Positions 1 to 11,800 of a DNA stretch of 64,000 nt are shown piece after piece. The notes beneath the pieces were generated by a model. That model saw nothing but the letters and a program-made list of their open reading frames with translations. It had not been told where the DNA came from and searched no databases. Both the position numbers and the translations under genes were made by a program. Where the stretch lies: assembly GCA_964542745.1 (NCBI GenBank), contig CAZIVR010000002.1, positions 27,300-91,299 on the forward strand, given 5' to 3'. This DNA comes from an uncultured bacterium. Lineage in GTDB: Bacteria; Eisenbacteria; RBG-16-71-46. Position 1 is the first letter of the stretch. Each line of letters opens with the position of its first letter.

Positions 1-32
1 AGTGCCCGTTCTGCGGGGCGTGGCGGCCCGGG

Positions 33-767
33 ATGTTCGGGGCGGCGCCCAGGCTGCAGCGCCTGTTCGGGGGCGGGCTCGACCTGATCGCCCCGCTGGT
101 GTCGGTGTGCGTGGTGCTCTACGTGGCCGCGCTGCTCCTCGACCTCTCGGCGCTGACCCGGAGCTTCGGGATCTTCAACTTCCTTTCGCCCGGGACGCGC
201 GCCCTCTACCAGCTCGGCATGACCGGGGGCGTGGCGTGGCGCGAGGGCTGGTGGTGGACGGTGTTCACCGCGATCTTCCTGCACGGATCGCTGATCCACA
301 TCTTCTTCAACGTGATGTGGATCCGCGACCTCGGTCCGGCCGTCTCGCAGGCCTATGGCCCGGCACGGGCGTTCGTCATCTTCATGGTGGGCGGCGTCGC
401 GGGCTTCGTGGTGTCCAACCTCGTGGCCGGCTCGCCCACGGTCGGCGCCTCGGGCAGCATCTTCGGCCTGCTCGCGGCCATGATCGTGTTCGCCCGCCGC
501 ACCGGCTCGTCGGTCATGAAGGCGCAGCTGTGGCAGTGGGCGATCATCCTGTTCGCGATGGGCTTCCTCATGTCGAGCGTCAACAACTGGGCGCACGGCG
601 GCGGCTTCGCGGGCGGGTGGGCGGCGGCGCAGGCGATGGGGCTCGGGGGCGAGCGGCGCGAGAGCCCGGCGGTGCAGGTGCTGGCGATCGGTTTCATCCT
701 CGTGACCCTCGCGGGATTCGTGATGTCGTTCGTCAAGGTGACCAGCATCCTGATCGGGGGGCGCTAG
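33..767 (+). CDS. Rhomboid family intramembrane serine protease
   Basis: 244 aa, multiple TM segments. Rhomboid catalytic motifs are present: the GxSG serine (GASGSIFG) and a downstream His in a TM helix (AHGGGFAGG). ATG at 33. Confidence 0.75.
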   Translation: MFGAAPRLQRLFGGGLDLIAPLVSVCVVLYVAALLLDLSALTRSFGIFNFLSPGTRALYQLGMTGGVAWREGWWWTVFTAIFLHGSLIHIFFNVMWIRDLGPAVSQAYGPARAFVIFMVGGVAGFVVSNLVAGSPTVGASGSIFGLLAAMIVFARRTGSSVMKAQLWQWAIILFAMGFLMSSVNNWAHGGGFAGGWAAAQAMGLGGERRESPAVQVLAIGFILVTLAGFVMSFVKVTSILIGGR

Positions 768-769
768 GC

Positions 770-3496
770 GTGGCCGGCCGCTTCTTCGAGTCGCGTTTCC
801 GTCAGCCGCTCGGGGAGTTCGTGACGCTCGCCCCCGAGCAGCGCGCCGCCGTGGTGCGCGAGGCGATCCCCGACCTGAACGTGTTCCTCGACGACGGCCG
901 CGCGCCGGGCGAGCGCGACGCTCCCGCCCGCAGCCTCGAGCTGGCGCGTTCGCTGTTCGCGGCGCTCGAGCACCTCCCCGACGAGAGCGCGGCGGGACGC
1001 TCGGGCGCGCGGGCCGAGACGCTCGCCGCGCGCCTCGTCACCGACTCCCTGCTGCGCGCCGAGGCCGACCGCGACCAGAACGTCTACCTCGGGAAGCTCT
1101 TCACCCGCACGCTCACCCGCGCGGTGCCGGACCTGATCTTCCAGCCGGTCTCGCTCGCGGAGGCCGCCGCCACGCTGCGCTGGGCCCGCGAGCACGGCGT
1201 GCCGATCGCGGCCCGCGGCGCGGCCTCCACCGCGATGGGGGGCGCGGTCCCGAACGACGGCGGCCTCGCGCTCGACCTCTCGAGGCTCGATTCGGTGGAC
1301 GTCGAGGCCGGGAACGGCGTGGTGGTGGTGGGCGCGGGCGCGCGGCTGCGCGCGGTGCACCGCAGGCTCGCCGCGGCACGGCTCGCGCTCCCCGTCTACC
1401 CGTCGAACCTGGGCGGCACCTTCGCGGGCTGGTTCGTGACCGGCGGCATCGGCCTCAACGCGTTCGGCCGCGGCCGCGCGCTCGACGCGGTGCGCTCGGC
1501 GGACGTGCTGCTGCCGGACGGCGACCACGTGAGGTTCCACGACGACGGCCGCCTCGACGTGCCGGGGCCCGCCGAGCACCGGCGCACGCTCGACGCGGCG
1601 CAGGCCGCCGCGTGGTTCCGGGAGCGCGGCTCCGAGCCGCTCGCGCTCGCCGATCTCGCCGGGAGCGAGGGCGTGCTCGGGCTCGTCACCCATCTCACGC
1701 TGCGCGTCGAGCCGCTTCCCGACTTCGCCGCGTTCCTGCTCGAATTCGACGGGCCGCTCGCAGCCTTCGAGGCCGCGGCGTGGGTGGCGGCCGAGGCCGG
1801 CCGGCGCTTCGGCGCGCCCGCCAACCTGAAGGCGATGTCGGGCTCGCACCTCCACCACGCGCGGGAGGCGTGGCGGGACGACGACGCGCGCGACTGGCGC
1901 CGGTCCGGGGCCGAGCCCGGCGGCGCGCACCTGCCGTGGGGGAGGATCGAGCCGCCCGGACGGTTCCTGCCGGGGACCCTCGAAGCGGCCGGCGACGCAC
2001 GGCACCGCGCGGCCGCGAACGGGGACCCGCCCGGCGACGCGGGGCACGAGCCCGCGCGGCACGGGGCCGGGCGCCACGCGGAAGGCAGCGCGCTGTTCGT
2101 GGACTTCACCGACTTCGCCGCGGCCCACGCGTTCGCCGCCGCGCTCGCCGACCTGCCGGGGCGCCCGCGGCTGCTCGGCGCCGAGAGCGCGCGCTTCGCG
2201 GCCGAACGCTTCCGCCCGCAGCAGGTCAAGCGCTTCGGCCCCGGGATGCTGGCCGCCGAAATCGTGATGCCGGCCGAAGAGGTGACGCGCTTCGTGCCGC
2301 GCGCCGCGCGCCTCGCGCGCAACGCGGGCAACCAGCTCGACGCCGAGGTCTACTACCTCGCCGACGGCACCGCGCTCGCGATCGCGGGCTACCTGACCGA
2401 CCACCGCTGCCTGGACTTCGCCGTGGACCTGATGATCGCGCCCGCGCTCACCGAGCTGGCGATGCGCTCGCACCGGGGCCGCCCCTACGTGCTCGGCCGC
2501 TGGCAGTCGCCGTGGGCCGCCCGCAAGTTCGGCGCGGAGGGGCTCGCGCGGCTCGCGCGCGCGAAGCGCGGGCTCGATCCGCACGGGCGGCTCAATCCCG
2601 GCGTCCTGCTGGGATTCCGGCTGCGCGGCGCGCTCGGCGCGGTGGTGGCGGCCACCTTCGCTCCCGGGGTCGCCGTGCTGTCGCGCGTCTATTCGCTCCG
2701 CCCGTTCTCGCCGCTGGTGCGGGCGGCGCGCGCCGCCCTCGCGCCGTTCCGGGGACCGGCCTGGGGGCACGGGGAGCCGGCCGTGGCCGCCACCCCGCAG
2801 GAGGCCTCCTCGCGGGCGCTCCACTGCGTCAACTGCGGCGAGTGCAACAGCGTGTGCCCAATCTTCCACGAGTCGAAGATCCGCCTGCCGCAGATGCTCA
2901 CCCACCTCGGCGAGGCCGCGCACGCGGGCGCGGCCGTGCCCGGCACCGGCAGCGTCCTGCTCGACCTGTGCATGCGCTGCGGCAACTGCGAGGAGGCCTG
3001 CCAGGCCGGGATCCCGCACCTGCCGCTCTACGAGCGGCTGCAGCAACTCTCGGACGCGGTCCGGCCGCCCGACCGCGAGCGGCACACCGCGATCGTGGCG
3101 GCGGTGCGCGGCTCGCAGAAGTACGTGCGCGAGTTCCTCGACGTCCGCCCGGGGGGCTACGTGAAGCGGGCGCCGGCCTCGCTCCCGGGCGTGGCGCGCT
3201 ACCTCCTGCTGCGGGCCGAGAACGACGCGGGCCCGGCCTCGACCTGCATCCACTGCGGGGCGTGCGTGGCGGTGTGCCCGACCCACGCCAACCGCGAGTT
3301 CGAGGGCGGCGACCCGCGCGCGATCACGACGCTGCAGGAGCGCTGCGTGGGCTGCGGAACCTGCGTCGAGGTGTGCCCCGCGAACCTCGCCAACGGCGGG
3401 CGCACCCTGCGGGTGATGGAGGCGCCGACCGCCGACTGGGCGGCCGCGGTCGCGGAGTTCGAAAGGGGCGAAGGCGCGGGCGTTTCCGGCCGATGA
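770..3496 (+). CDS. FAD-binding (FAD-linked oxidase/GlcD-like) oxidoreductase fused to two 2x[4Fe-4S] ferredoxin domains
   Basis: The N-terminal FAD-binding PCMH-type domain shows in the frame-2 translation (AARGAASTAMGGAVP...GGTFAGWFVTGGIGLNAFG). The C-terminus carries four CxxCxxCxxxCP motifs (CVNCGECNSVCP, CMRCGNCEEACQ, CIHCGACVAVCP, CVGCGTCVEVCP). Start assigned to GTG 770, 2 nt after the rhomboid stop. The first ~255 codons of the six-frame ORF 2..3496 are the alternative frame of the rhomboid gene. Confidence 0.7.
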   Translation: MAGRFFESRFRQPLGEFVTLAPEQRAAVVREAIPDLNVFLDDGRAPGERDAPARSLELARSLFAALEHLPDESAAGRSGARAETLAARLVTDSLLRAEADRDQNVYLGKLFTRTLTRAVPDLIFQPVSLAEAAATLRWAREHGVPIAARGAASTAMGGAVPNDGGLALDLSRLDSVDVEAGNGVVVVGAGARLRAVHRRLAAARLALPVYPSNLGGTFAGWFVTGGIGLNAFGRGRALDAVRSADVLLPDGDHVRFHDDGRLDVPGPAEHRRTLDAAQAAAWFRERGSEPLALADLAGSEGVLGLVTHLTLRVEPLPDFAAFLLEFDGPLAAFEAAAWVAAEAGRRFGAPANLKAMSGSHLHHAREAWRDDDARDWRRSGAEPGGAHLPWGRIEPPGRFLPGTLEAAGDARHRAAANGDPPGDAGHEPARHGAGRHAEGSALFVDFTDFAAAHAFAAALADLPGRPRLLGAESARFAAERFRPQQVKRFGPGMLAAEIVMPAEEVTRFVPRAARLARNAGNQLDAEVYYLADGTALAIAGYLTDHRCLDFAVDLMIAPALTELAMRSHRGRPYVLGRWQSPWAARKFGAEGLARLARAKRGLDPHGRLNPGVLLGFRLRGALGAVVAATFAPGVAVLSRVYSLRPFSPLVRAARAALAPFRGPAWGHGEPAVAATPQEASSRALHCVNCGECNSVCPIFHESKIRLPQMLTHLGEAAHAGAAVPGTGSVLLDLCMRCGNCEEACQAGIPHLPLYERLQQLSDAVRPPDRERHTAIVAAVRGSQKYVREFLDVRPGGYVKRAPASLPGVARYLLLRAENDAGPASTCIHCGACVAVCPTHANREFEGGDPRAITTLQERCVGCGTCVEVCPANLANGGRTLRVMEAPTADWAAAVAEFERGEGAGVSGR

Positions 3497-3653
3497 CAGG
3501 CCCGGCTGGCGCCCTCCCGGGCGGCCTGCCACAATGGACGCCGCTCGACGCATGGAGGGGCTCTTCGCGGGGACACTCGCGGCGGGCCCGAACGTCACGC
3601 ATCGGTCCCGGTGGGTCGAAGGGCTCCCCGCGGCCGAAGACCGAAAGGATGTC

Positions 3654-5864
3654 ATGACCCACCCGACCCGCGGTTCCGCGCGCCTCGCGGCGCACGTTCG
3701 CCACCCCCGCAGCTTCGACGCCCCCCGGCTCCCGGACGGCCACCGCGCCCCGGTGAGCGCCTACTTCGGGCGCCACGTCCTCGACCTCATCAAGCTCAAG
3801 GAGCGGCTGCCGCGCGAGGCCTACCAGGCCCTGCTCGGCACCCTGCGCAGCGGCGCCCCGCTGGCCCGCGAGACCGCGGAGACCATCGCCTCGGTGGCGC
3901 GCGAGTGGGCCACGTCGCACGGCGCCACCCACTTCACGCACTGGTTCCAGCCCATGACCGGGCTCACGGCCGAGAAGCACGACAGCTTCATCGACCTGAA
4001 CGTCACGATGAGCGGCGAGCTGAAGGTGCTCGAGCGCTTCTCGGGCTCGCAGCTCACGCAGAGCGAGCCGGACGCGTCGTCGTTCCCCTCGGGCGGCGTG
4101 CGCAGCACGTTCGAGGCGCGCGGCTACACCGCGTGGGATCCCTCGTCGCCCATGTTCCTGGTCGAGAGCCTGAACGGGCGCACCCTGTGCATCCCGTCGG
4201 TGTTCGTGAGCTATCACGGCGAGAGCCTCGACCACAAGACCCCGCTGCTGCGCGCGCTCGAGGCGCTCGACGTGAACGCGCGCGCGTTCCTCAAGCTGCT
4301 CGGCGACGTGGACGTGCAGTCGGTGGGTTCGACGCTCGGCTGCGAGCAGGAGTACTTCCTGGTGGACCGCGACCACTGGGCGCAGCGCCCGGACCTGGTG
4401 ATGACCGGCCGCACCCTGCTGGGCGCGGCGTCGGCGCGCGGGCAGCAGTTCGAGGACCACTACTTCGGCTCGATCCCGGCGCGCGCGCTGGCGTTCATGG
4501 AGGAGATGGAGTTCGAGCTGCACCGCCTCGGCGTGCCGGTGAAGACGCGGCACAACGAGGTGGCGCCGATGCAGTTCGAGATGGCGCCGATCTTCGAGGA
4601 CGTGAACCTCGCCAACGACCACAACGCGCTGGCCATGGACATCATGCGCAAGGTCGCGCTGCGCCATCACTTCGTCTGCCTGCTGCACGAGAAGCCGTTC
4701 GCGGGCATCAACGGCAGCGGCAAGCACTGCAACTGGTCGCTGGTCACCGACCGCGGCGAGAACCTCTTCGACCCGGGCCGCACGCCGCACCAGAACCTGC
4801 GCTTCCTGGCGTTCGTGGCCGCGGCCCTCAAGGCCGTGCACGACCACTCGGACGCGCTGCGTTACTCCGTGGCCTCGGCGGACAACGACCTGCGGCTGGG
4901 CGCGAACGAGGCGCCGCCGGCCATCATCAGCGTGTTCCTCGGCGACCTCCTCACCCAGATCATCGAGCGCATCGCCTCGGGCGAGACCGTGAAGGACCCC
5001 GAGTCCTACGTGCTCGAGATGGGCGTGGGCCGGCTGCCTCAGCTGGCGAAGGACTACACCGACCGCAACCGCACCTCGCCGTTCGCCTTCACCGGGAACA
5101 AGTTCGAGTTCCGTGCGGTGGGCAGCAGCGCCAACACCGCCCAGCCGATGATGATGCTGATCGCGGCGATGGCCGACAGCCTGCGCCAGCTCGGCGGGCG
5201 GCTCGAGGCGCGCATCAAGGCGGGCGGCGGCCGCGACCAGGCCGTGATCGCGCTGCTGCGCGAGGTGTTCACCGAGTCCGCGGCGATCCGATTCGAGGGC
5301 AACGGCTACAGCGAGGAGTGGAAGCGGGAGGCCGCGCGGCGCGGGCTGCCGAACCTGCCCGACACCCCCGCCTCGATCGCGGCGGTCTCGGCCCCCGGCC
5401 GGATGGCGTTCCTGACCGAGCTCAAGATCTTCACCCCCCGCGAGCTCGAGAGCCGGATCAACGTCGCGGTCGAGCGCTACCTGAAGACGGTGATGCTCGA
5501 GGCCGAGACGGTGATCGAGATGCTCTCGACGCAGGTGATCCCGGCGGGCGAGGGCGCGCTGGCCCGGGCGTCCGAAGCGTCCGCGGCGGCGAAGGCCGCA
5601 GGCGTCACCTCGGCCGCGCTGGCCGGGCGTGCCGGGGCGCTGGCCCAGGCGCTGGACGCGGCGGCCGCGAGCGTGGCGCGCCTCGAACAGCTGCTGGCCG
5701 ATGGCGAAGGCCTGCACGACGAACGCAAGGAGGCCGAGCATCTCGCGTCGCGGGTGCGTCCCGCGCTGGGCGAGGCCCGCGAGGCCGCGGACCGGCTCGA
5801 GCACCTGGTGGACGACTCGGCGTGGGAGCTGCCCAAGTACCGAGAGATGCTGTTCGCGCGCTGA
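3654..5864 (+). CDS. glnN: Glutamine synthetase type III
   Basis: 736 aa from ATG 3654, with AAAGGA 5 nt upstream. GSIII-type length and the NGSGKHCNWSL signature both fit. The larger ORF from 3534 has no Shine-Dalgarno sequence (SD) and an extra 40 aa. Confidence 0.8.
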   Translation: MTHPTRGSARLAAHVRHPRSFDAPRLPDGHRAPVSAYFGRHVLDLIKLKERLPREAYQALLGTLRSGAPLARETAETIASVAREWATSHGATHFTHWFQPMTGLTAEKHDSFIDLNVTMSGELKVLERFSGSQLTQSEPDASSFPSGGVRSTFEARGYTAWDPSSPMFLVESLNGRTLCIPSVFVSYHGESLDHKTPLLRALEALDVNARAFLKLLGDVDVQSVGSTLGCEQEYFLVDRDHWAQRPDLVMTGRTLLGAASARGQQFEDHYFGSIPARALAFMEEMEFELHRLGVPVKTRHNEVAPMQFEMAPIFEDVNLANDHNALAMDIMRKVALRHHFVCLLHEKPFAGINGSGKHCNWSLVTDRGENLFDPGRTPHQNLRFLAFVAAALKAVHDHSDALRYSVASADNDLRLGANEAPPAIISVFLGDLLTQIIERIASGETVKDPESYVLEMGVGRLPQLAKDYTDRNRTSPFAFTGNKFEFRAVGSSANTAQPMMMLIAAMADSLRQLGGRLEARIKAGGGRDQAVIALLREVFTESAAIRFEGNGYSEEWKREAARRGLPNLPDTPASIAAVSAPGRMAFLTELKIFTPRELESRINVAVERYLKTVMLEAETVIEMLSTQVIPAGEGALARASEASAAAKAAGVTSAALAGRAGALAQALDAAAASVARLEQLLADGEGLHDERKEAEHLASRVRPALGEAREAADRLEHLVDDSAWELPKYREMLFAR

Positions 5865-5877
5865 CGGAGAACGAGCC

Positions 5878-8800
5878 ATGACCCCCGACGCGGATCGGCA
5901 GGCAGGCGCCCCGGAGCGGGCGCCCCTGCCGCCCGCGAACGGGATCCCGGACGCGGCGCGGGAGTGGGAGGACCTGCTCGCCCTCGTCGTGGATCCCGAG
6001 AGCCCGCGCGTCGCCGGCCGGGCGCGCAAGCGGCGGCTGCTCTCGCACCTGCTGCGGCGCGCGGGGCTCGACGAAGCGGACTTCTGGAAGCTGCACCGCG
6101 GCCAGCGCGGCCGGCTGTTCCTGTCGCGCTACTCGCGGGTGTCCCGCGAGATCCCGCGGCTCGAGATCACGTCGTTCGATCTCGACAAGCTCCTCAAGGA
6201 GCGCTACCGGCAGGAGCCGCTCACGCTGGGAGCGGCGTGGCACCACGGCTTCTGGCGCTCGTACTTCTCGCACGCGGCGATCACGCACCCCGCCAACGAC
6301 GGGCTGCGCGAGGAGTTCTCGACCGCGTGGGACATCGTGCGCAAGCACCCGGCGGTGCTGTTCCGCACCGGGTCGGGCCGGGAGCGCGAGACGCTGCGCG
6401 GGATCCGCCTCGACCTGCCGATGATCGTCGGCCCGCTGCCGCACCCGGGCGACGGCCGGATCGAACGCGCCTACCTCGACGCGATCGCCGACCCCGGGCC
6501 CGGCGAGGGCCTCCACACCGGAACCCTGCTGGTGATGGACGCGATCCGCTACCTCGAGCGCCTCGAGGCGTTCGCGGGGCGCGAGGCGGACCTCCTGCTC
6601 CGGATTCCCGCCGACCTCCAGCCGTGGCTGGACGGCGAGGGCGAGCGGTTCGACGCGCTGCGCGAGGCGCTCCGGCGCGCGCGCATCGTGGAGCTGGAGT
6701 GGAGCGACGACCTCCCGGGCGCGGTGGCGCGCGTGCGCGAGGTGAACCCCGCGCTCCTGGTCTCGGTCTACCTGCGCTACGGCGGCGGGGACGAGGGGCC
6801 GAACGGCGCGCCGCCTCCGCCCGACGAGGCGCTCTCGCCCGCCGCGGGGCGGCTCGCCGGCCCCGGGTTCTGGGCCGCGGTCGAGGCCGCGGCGCGGCAG
6901 GACGGGGTGGCGGCCCTGCACGTCCACGCCGGCCCCGAGAAGTCGTACCGGCTGGTCCCGAAGCTCGACGCGTTCCTCAAGGCCCGCCTGGTGCGCGCGC
7001 GCGTGCAGCTCGTCTCGGCGGGGGGCGACTCCGACACGCAGGCCTCGGCGGCGACGGTCTACGAATCGGTGTTGCTCGGCGCCAACGGCGGCTCGATGTC
7101 GCACGTCGCGGGAATCGCGCTGTGCCCGGAGCTGATCGACGCGTACCACGGGGCCGACGCGGGCGCGGCGCTCGCCACGCTCGCCGAGCGCACGCCGGAG
7201 GAGCTGCGCGACCTCGCGGCCAACACGCTCACCTGCTGGCAGCACTCGATCCTCGACTTCCTGTCGTGCATGGGGATCGACGACATCCAGAAGACCTCCG
7301 GGAACACCATGGCGATCACGATGACCGCCGAGTGGGTCCGGGAGTGCGACCGGCTGGCCACGCCCGAGTTCGGGCGCCTGAACGCCGGGCTCAACGCGGC
7401 CCGGATCGCGGCCGAGCCTCCGCCCGCGGCGGTGCGGGAGCGCTTCAAGGTGTCGAGCCTGCTGCGCGAGGTCGAGCCGGGCCTGCCGCGGGTGCACGCG
7501 GCCCGCGTGCTCGACCACGGCAACGCCAACTACCACCTCGAGAACTCCAACCGGAACCTGAGCGCCGACTTCCTCGACGTGATCTACCGGATGTCGGCGG
7601 GGGAGATGCCGCGCGCGGAGGACTTCTTCATCGAGAGCGACATGGGCCCGCTCTCGCTCGACCGCGTGGGGCTGCGGCTCTCGCGGGAATCTCTGGAGTG
7701 GTCGCTCGAGCGGTTCCGCCGCGATCCCGGGCTCCTCGACTACGTGTCGCTGGCGGTGCCGCGCGGCTTCCTGCGCCCGGGCGCCGCGCCCCCGCTCTGC
7801 GAGGTGCGGCTCCTTGCCGCCCTCGACGAGGACAGCGACGGGGAGCAGGTGGTCGAGCCCGCGCCGCTGGTCCGATTCGCCTCGGACGCCGAGGGCGGCT
7901 TCGACCTCGCGCTCGCCGCCGATCCCGCGCTCGAGGCGGCGGTGGCGGGCGATGCCCCGCTGTGGCTGGTCACGGTGGACGCCGAGGGCCGCGAGGCGCG
8001 CACCGCGCTCGCCGCGCACGGCCACGGCGGGCACGGGCTCTCGATCGCGCGCGCCTCCCGGGACGGCGCCGTGGTGCTGCGGCGCGAGCCGCGCGGCGGC
8101 TACCGGCTCTCGGGGTTCGGGTTCCGCGAGCCGATCTGGCACGGGCCGGTGAACCACTCGAGCATCTCGCTGGGTGCCGCGAGCGAGGACTTCCTCACCG
8201 CGCGCGTCGAGGGCAACCGCGGCCTCTCGATGACCTCGTCGGGCGAGGGCGGCCCGATCCGGCTCGCGAGCGACGACGACATGAAGTGGGAGAGCCTGCA
8301 GGCCGCGAGCGGGCACTTCGGCATCCACGCGGCCGACCTGCGCCGGGTGCGCGACGTGGAGATCAAGATCAACCAGGGCGCCAAGCCCGGGAAGGGCGGA
8401 AGGCTCTCGGGCGCGAAAGTCACGCCGACCGTGAGCCGCGCGCGCAATATCCCGGTGGGCACCGACGCGCTCTCGCCCGATCCCAAGCACGACATCTACT
8501 CGATCGAGGACATGCCGGCCGAGGTCTGGCTCTGGCTCCTCTACCACAACCACTGCGGCATCAAGATCACCGGCTCCAACTACACGCGCTACGTCGCCGC
8601 CGGCATGTGGTCCAACTTCGTGGTGGACTACCTGCTGGTGGACGCGGGGCTCGGGGGCTCCGGCAACTACCACGCCGACTCGTCGCACGTGGGCTGGCCC
8701 GACATCTTCCGCACCATCCTGCACACGCACCACGCGCTGGTGTCCGAGAAGGTGGACCTCGAGAAGACCGGCGAGCTCAAGCCGATCCGCGACCTGAACG

Positions 8801-11800
8801 GCGCCCCGTTCGGGGCGAAGGGCGGGACCCGGCTGTTCGCCTCGGGCGGCATCCGGGGCGAGGTGGACATGCTCAAGGTGCTGATCGCCGGGGCCGACGC
8901 GCTCATGGAGGCCAGCATCGGCAAGGCGGTGGCATTCGGCTGCAACCAGTGCGGCAACTGCCACCTCGACTGCCCGCGGGGCGGCATCACCACCAAGGCC
9001 GAGCTCACCATGCAGAACGACCGCGCCCTGATGCGGCGGCGCTTCCGCAACTGGACCGCGCTCAACATGGTGAAGCTCGCGATCCTGGTGGACGCGCTGA
9101 ACCGCGAGTCCGGCGCGCTCGCCGCCGACGGCGCGGTGGCGGACGCGGGGGCGCTGCTTTCCGACATCCGCGCGCTGCGCGGGCGAACCGACCTGCTGGC
9201 GATGCCGGACCACGGCGCGTCCGAGCGGCCCGCGAGGCCCGAAGCCGACCACGACTCGTGCCGCGTGGGCTCGCTCGCCGTCTCGGAGCCGGTCACCGTG
9301 GACGCGATCTGGGAGTCGGCGCGGCTCTCCTACAACGGCGGCAACAACCGCGGCGGCGGCATCGACTTCGCCGGGTTCGCCCCGGCCCCGCTGCGCGAGC
9401 GGACCTGCCTGATCTTCAACACCATCGGCCCCGACCGCGCGGACACGATGCGCGAGATGCTCGGCCACCTCGCGGGCTGCCGCTTCTTCGACGCCGCGGG
9501 CCGCGAGCGCACCGCGCAGGAGGTGCGCGAGGGGCTCGCCGCGTACCGCGTGCCCGTGCGGGAGCGGTACGCGCACGAGACCGGGTGGCGCGACGCGGAC
9601 CTGCGCGAGAACCCCGGCGACTTCTACATGTTCTTCGTCGGGCTCGCGCCGTCGGTGCTGCGGCGCTACGGCCGCGCGCTGGTCGCGAGCCCGCACTGGC
9701 TCCAGCGCCGCACCCAGTACGGCGACCTGTCCGAGGACTCGCTGCACGCCGCGCTCGACGCGGCGGCGGCCGCGGAGGAAGCGGCGGGCGCGGAGCGGCC
9801 CGCCGGCGCCGCGGACGACGCGGGAGCGGCGCCCGGGAGCGCCGCGGGCGGCCCCGCGCCTCGCGAACGGCTCGAGGCGTTCGTCGCCGACGTGCGCGAG
9901 GAATACTTCTCGGCGCTCGCCCACCTGGTCGACACCCGCTACTACCGCACCCACCTTCCGCCGCCCGGGCCCGGCGGCGCGCCCGCGCCGGAAGGAAAGT
10001 ACGCGGCCAAGCGGCGCGGCTTCGTGGTCTCGATGGGCGAGGACCTCGGCGCGATCAAGATGTCGGGCTGGACCCACACCATCCCCGAGTACTTCGACTT
10101 CGAGCGCTTCTGGGCGGGCTACCCCGGCGCGGGGCCGGAAGGCGTGGAGGTCCGCGTGAAGGGCGCGACGCGGCGCACCACCGCGCTGCACGCCCACGCC
10201 TGGGGCATGCACCACCGTTACCCGACCAACTCGCCGGCGATCGACGCCGAGGGGCGCGGCAACCCGGCCGGGGCGCATCCCTTCAAGGCCTACAACGTGC
10301 TGCTCATGCACAACGGCGAGCAGGTCGGGGTGGACTCGACCTCGCCGTTCCTCAACGAGTTCGGGTACGTGCACGCCGATCCCTCGATGGGCGAGGGGCA
10401 CGCGCTCTACCACGGCGACTCGATCTACGAGCGCAAGGCCCTCACCGACACCGAGTACGCCGCCTACCTCGTGGACTTCACGCGCCGCGTGCTCGGGCTC
10501 TCGACCGAGGAGGCCTCGCAGGTGATCTCGCCGATCACCGGGCTGGATCTCGCCGCCATGGACGACGCGCGCCGCGAGCTGCTCACGCTGCTCATGACCA
10601 ACTACGTGCAGCTCACGCCCACCGGGCCCTACAAGTTCACGATCGTCGAGTCGCGGCGCGGCCCGGCGGGCCGCGTGATCGGCTTCCGCGAGAACATGGA
10701 CATCAAGTTCCTCCGCCCCCACGAGATCCTCGTGAGCCGCGACGCCTCGGCGGGGGGCGTGACCGCGGTCGCGAACGGGAGCGAGGCCAAGATCGCCGAC
10801 TCGATGCTGCGCGTGCTCCACCGCCAGGGAGTGCTCGGCGACGCGGCCGCCGACCTGCGCTTCAGCATGCGGCCGGGCGGCAACCCGGGGCGCCGCGACT
10901 TCGGCGGCGTGTTCGAGGCCTTCACGAGCCCCGGGAGCGGGGCGATCGAGCTGCGGAACCGCTTCGGCGAGGACGTTCCGGTGGACCGCGCCGGCGCCAA
11001 GGTGGATCTCGCCCGGCCGCTCGCGGACGCGGTGGCGGGCGCGAGCCCGGAGTGGGCGAGGCTCGTGTCGGAGCGGCTCGAGCAGCTCGGGCGCCTGCTC
11101 GACGGCGCGGGCGGCATGAGCGCGGGCCGGCTGTTCGGCCCCGACGACCTGCTGCCGGCGCCCGCCTCGGAGCTGGTGGAAGCCGCGCTCGAGCGCGCGC
11201 TGGAGCTGTCCTTCGACGACCTCCGGCTGCTCGCCGAATCCGCGCTGCCGGCTTTCGCCGCGGCGGGCGACGCGCGGCGCGCGGCGGCGATCCGCGTGCT
11301 CACGGAGCTGCGCAAGCGCTTCGCCTTCGCGGACCTCGGCGGCAAGTCGCTGTCGAGCGTCGAGTACCTGGTGGACGGCGGGCGCGACGCCGCGGGCGCC
11401 CCGGAGGGCGGGCTCGCGCGCCTCTTCGACGCGGTGCCGCCGCTCTTCGAGGTGCTGCGGCGGCCGCCGGGGGGCACCCGCTACGCGCGCCTCACGCTCG
11501 GCACGCGCGACGACCTCTCGCCGCCCGGGAACGCCGCGCGCGACGTGCTGGTCGTGGACTTCGCCGGCTTCGAGAGCGAGTCGTTCGGCCTCGACTCCGC
11601 CTCGCGCATCGTGAGCCGCGCGGTGCGGCTCGGCTGGCGGAACCTGGTGGGTTACGGGTTCGTCGGCGGCCCGCGCTACGTGGGGACCAACCTCGGCGAC
11701 GCGCGCGGCGTGGCCGCGCCGGGCGTGGTGATCGAGCTCTACGGCCGGGAGTTCGGCGACTTCATCGGCGCCCTCCTCGAGGGCGCGAGCATCGCCGTCT

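Noticed and set aside
2-769. N-terminal 255 codons of ORF 2..3496
   Set aside because: This is the alternative frame of the rhomboid gene. The oxidase most plausibly starts at GTG 770.
3497-3653. Possible sigma-54 (TGGCAC-N5-TTGC) promoter upstream of glnN
   Set aside because: Only partial matches are present (TGGCGCcctccCGGGC and TGCCACAATGG). This is not convincing without a proper position-weight matrix scan.
3324-6029. 901-aa minus-strand ORF antisense to glnN
   Set aside because: Arg/Ala/Gly-rich translation typical of antisense reading of high-GC genes. It fully overlaps a well-supported GS III gene.
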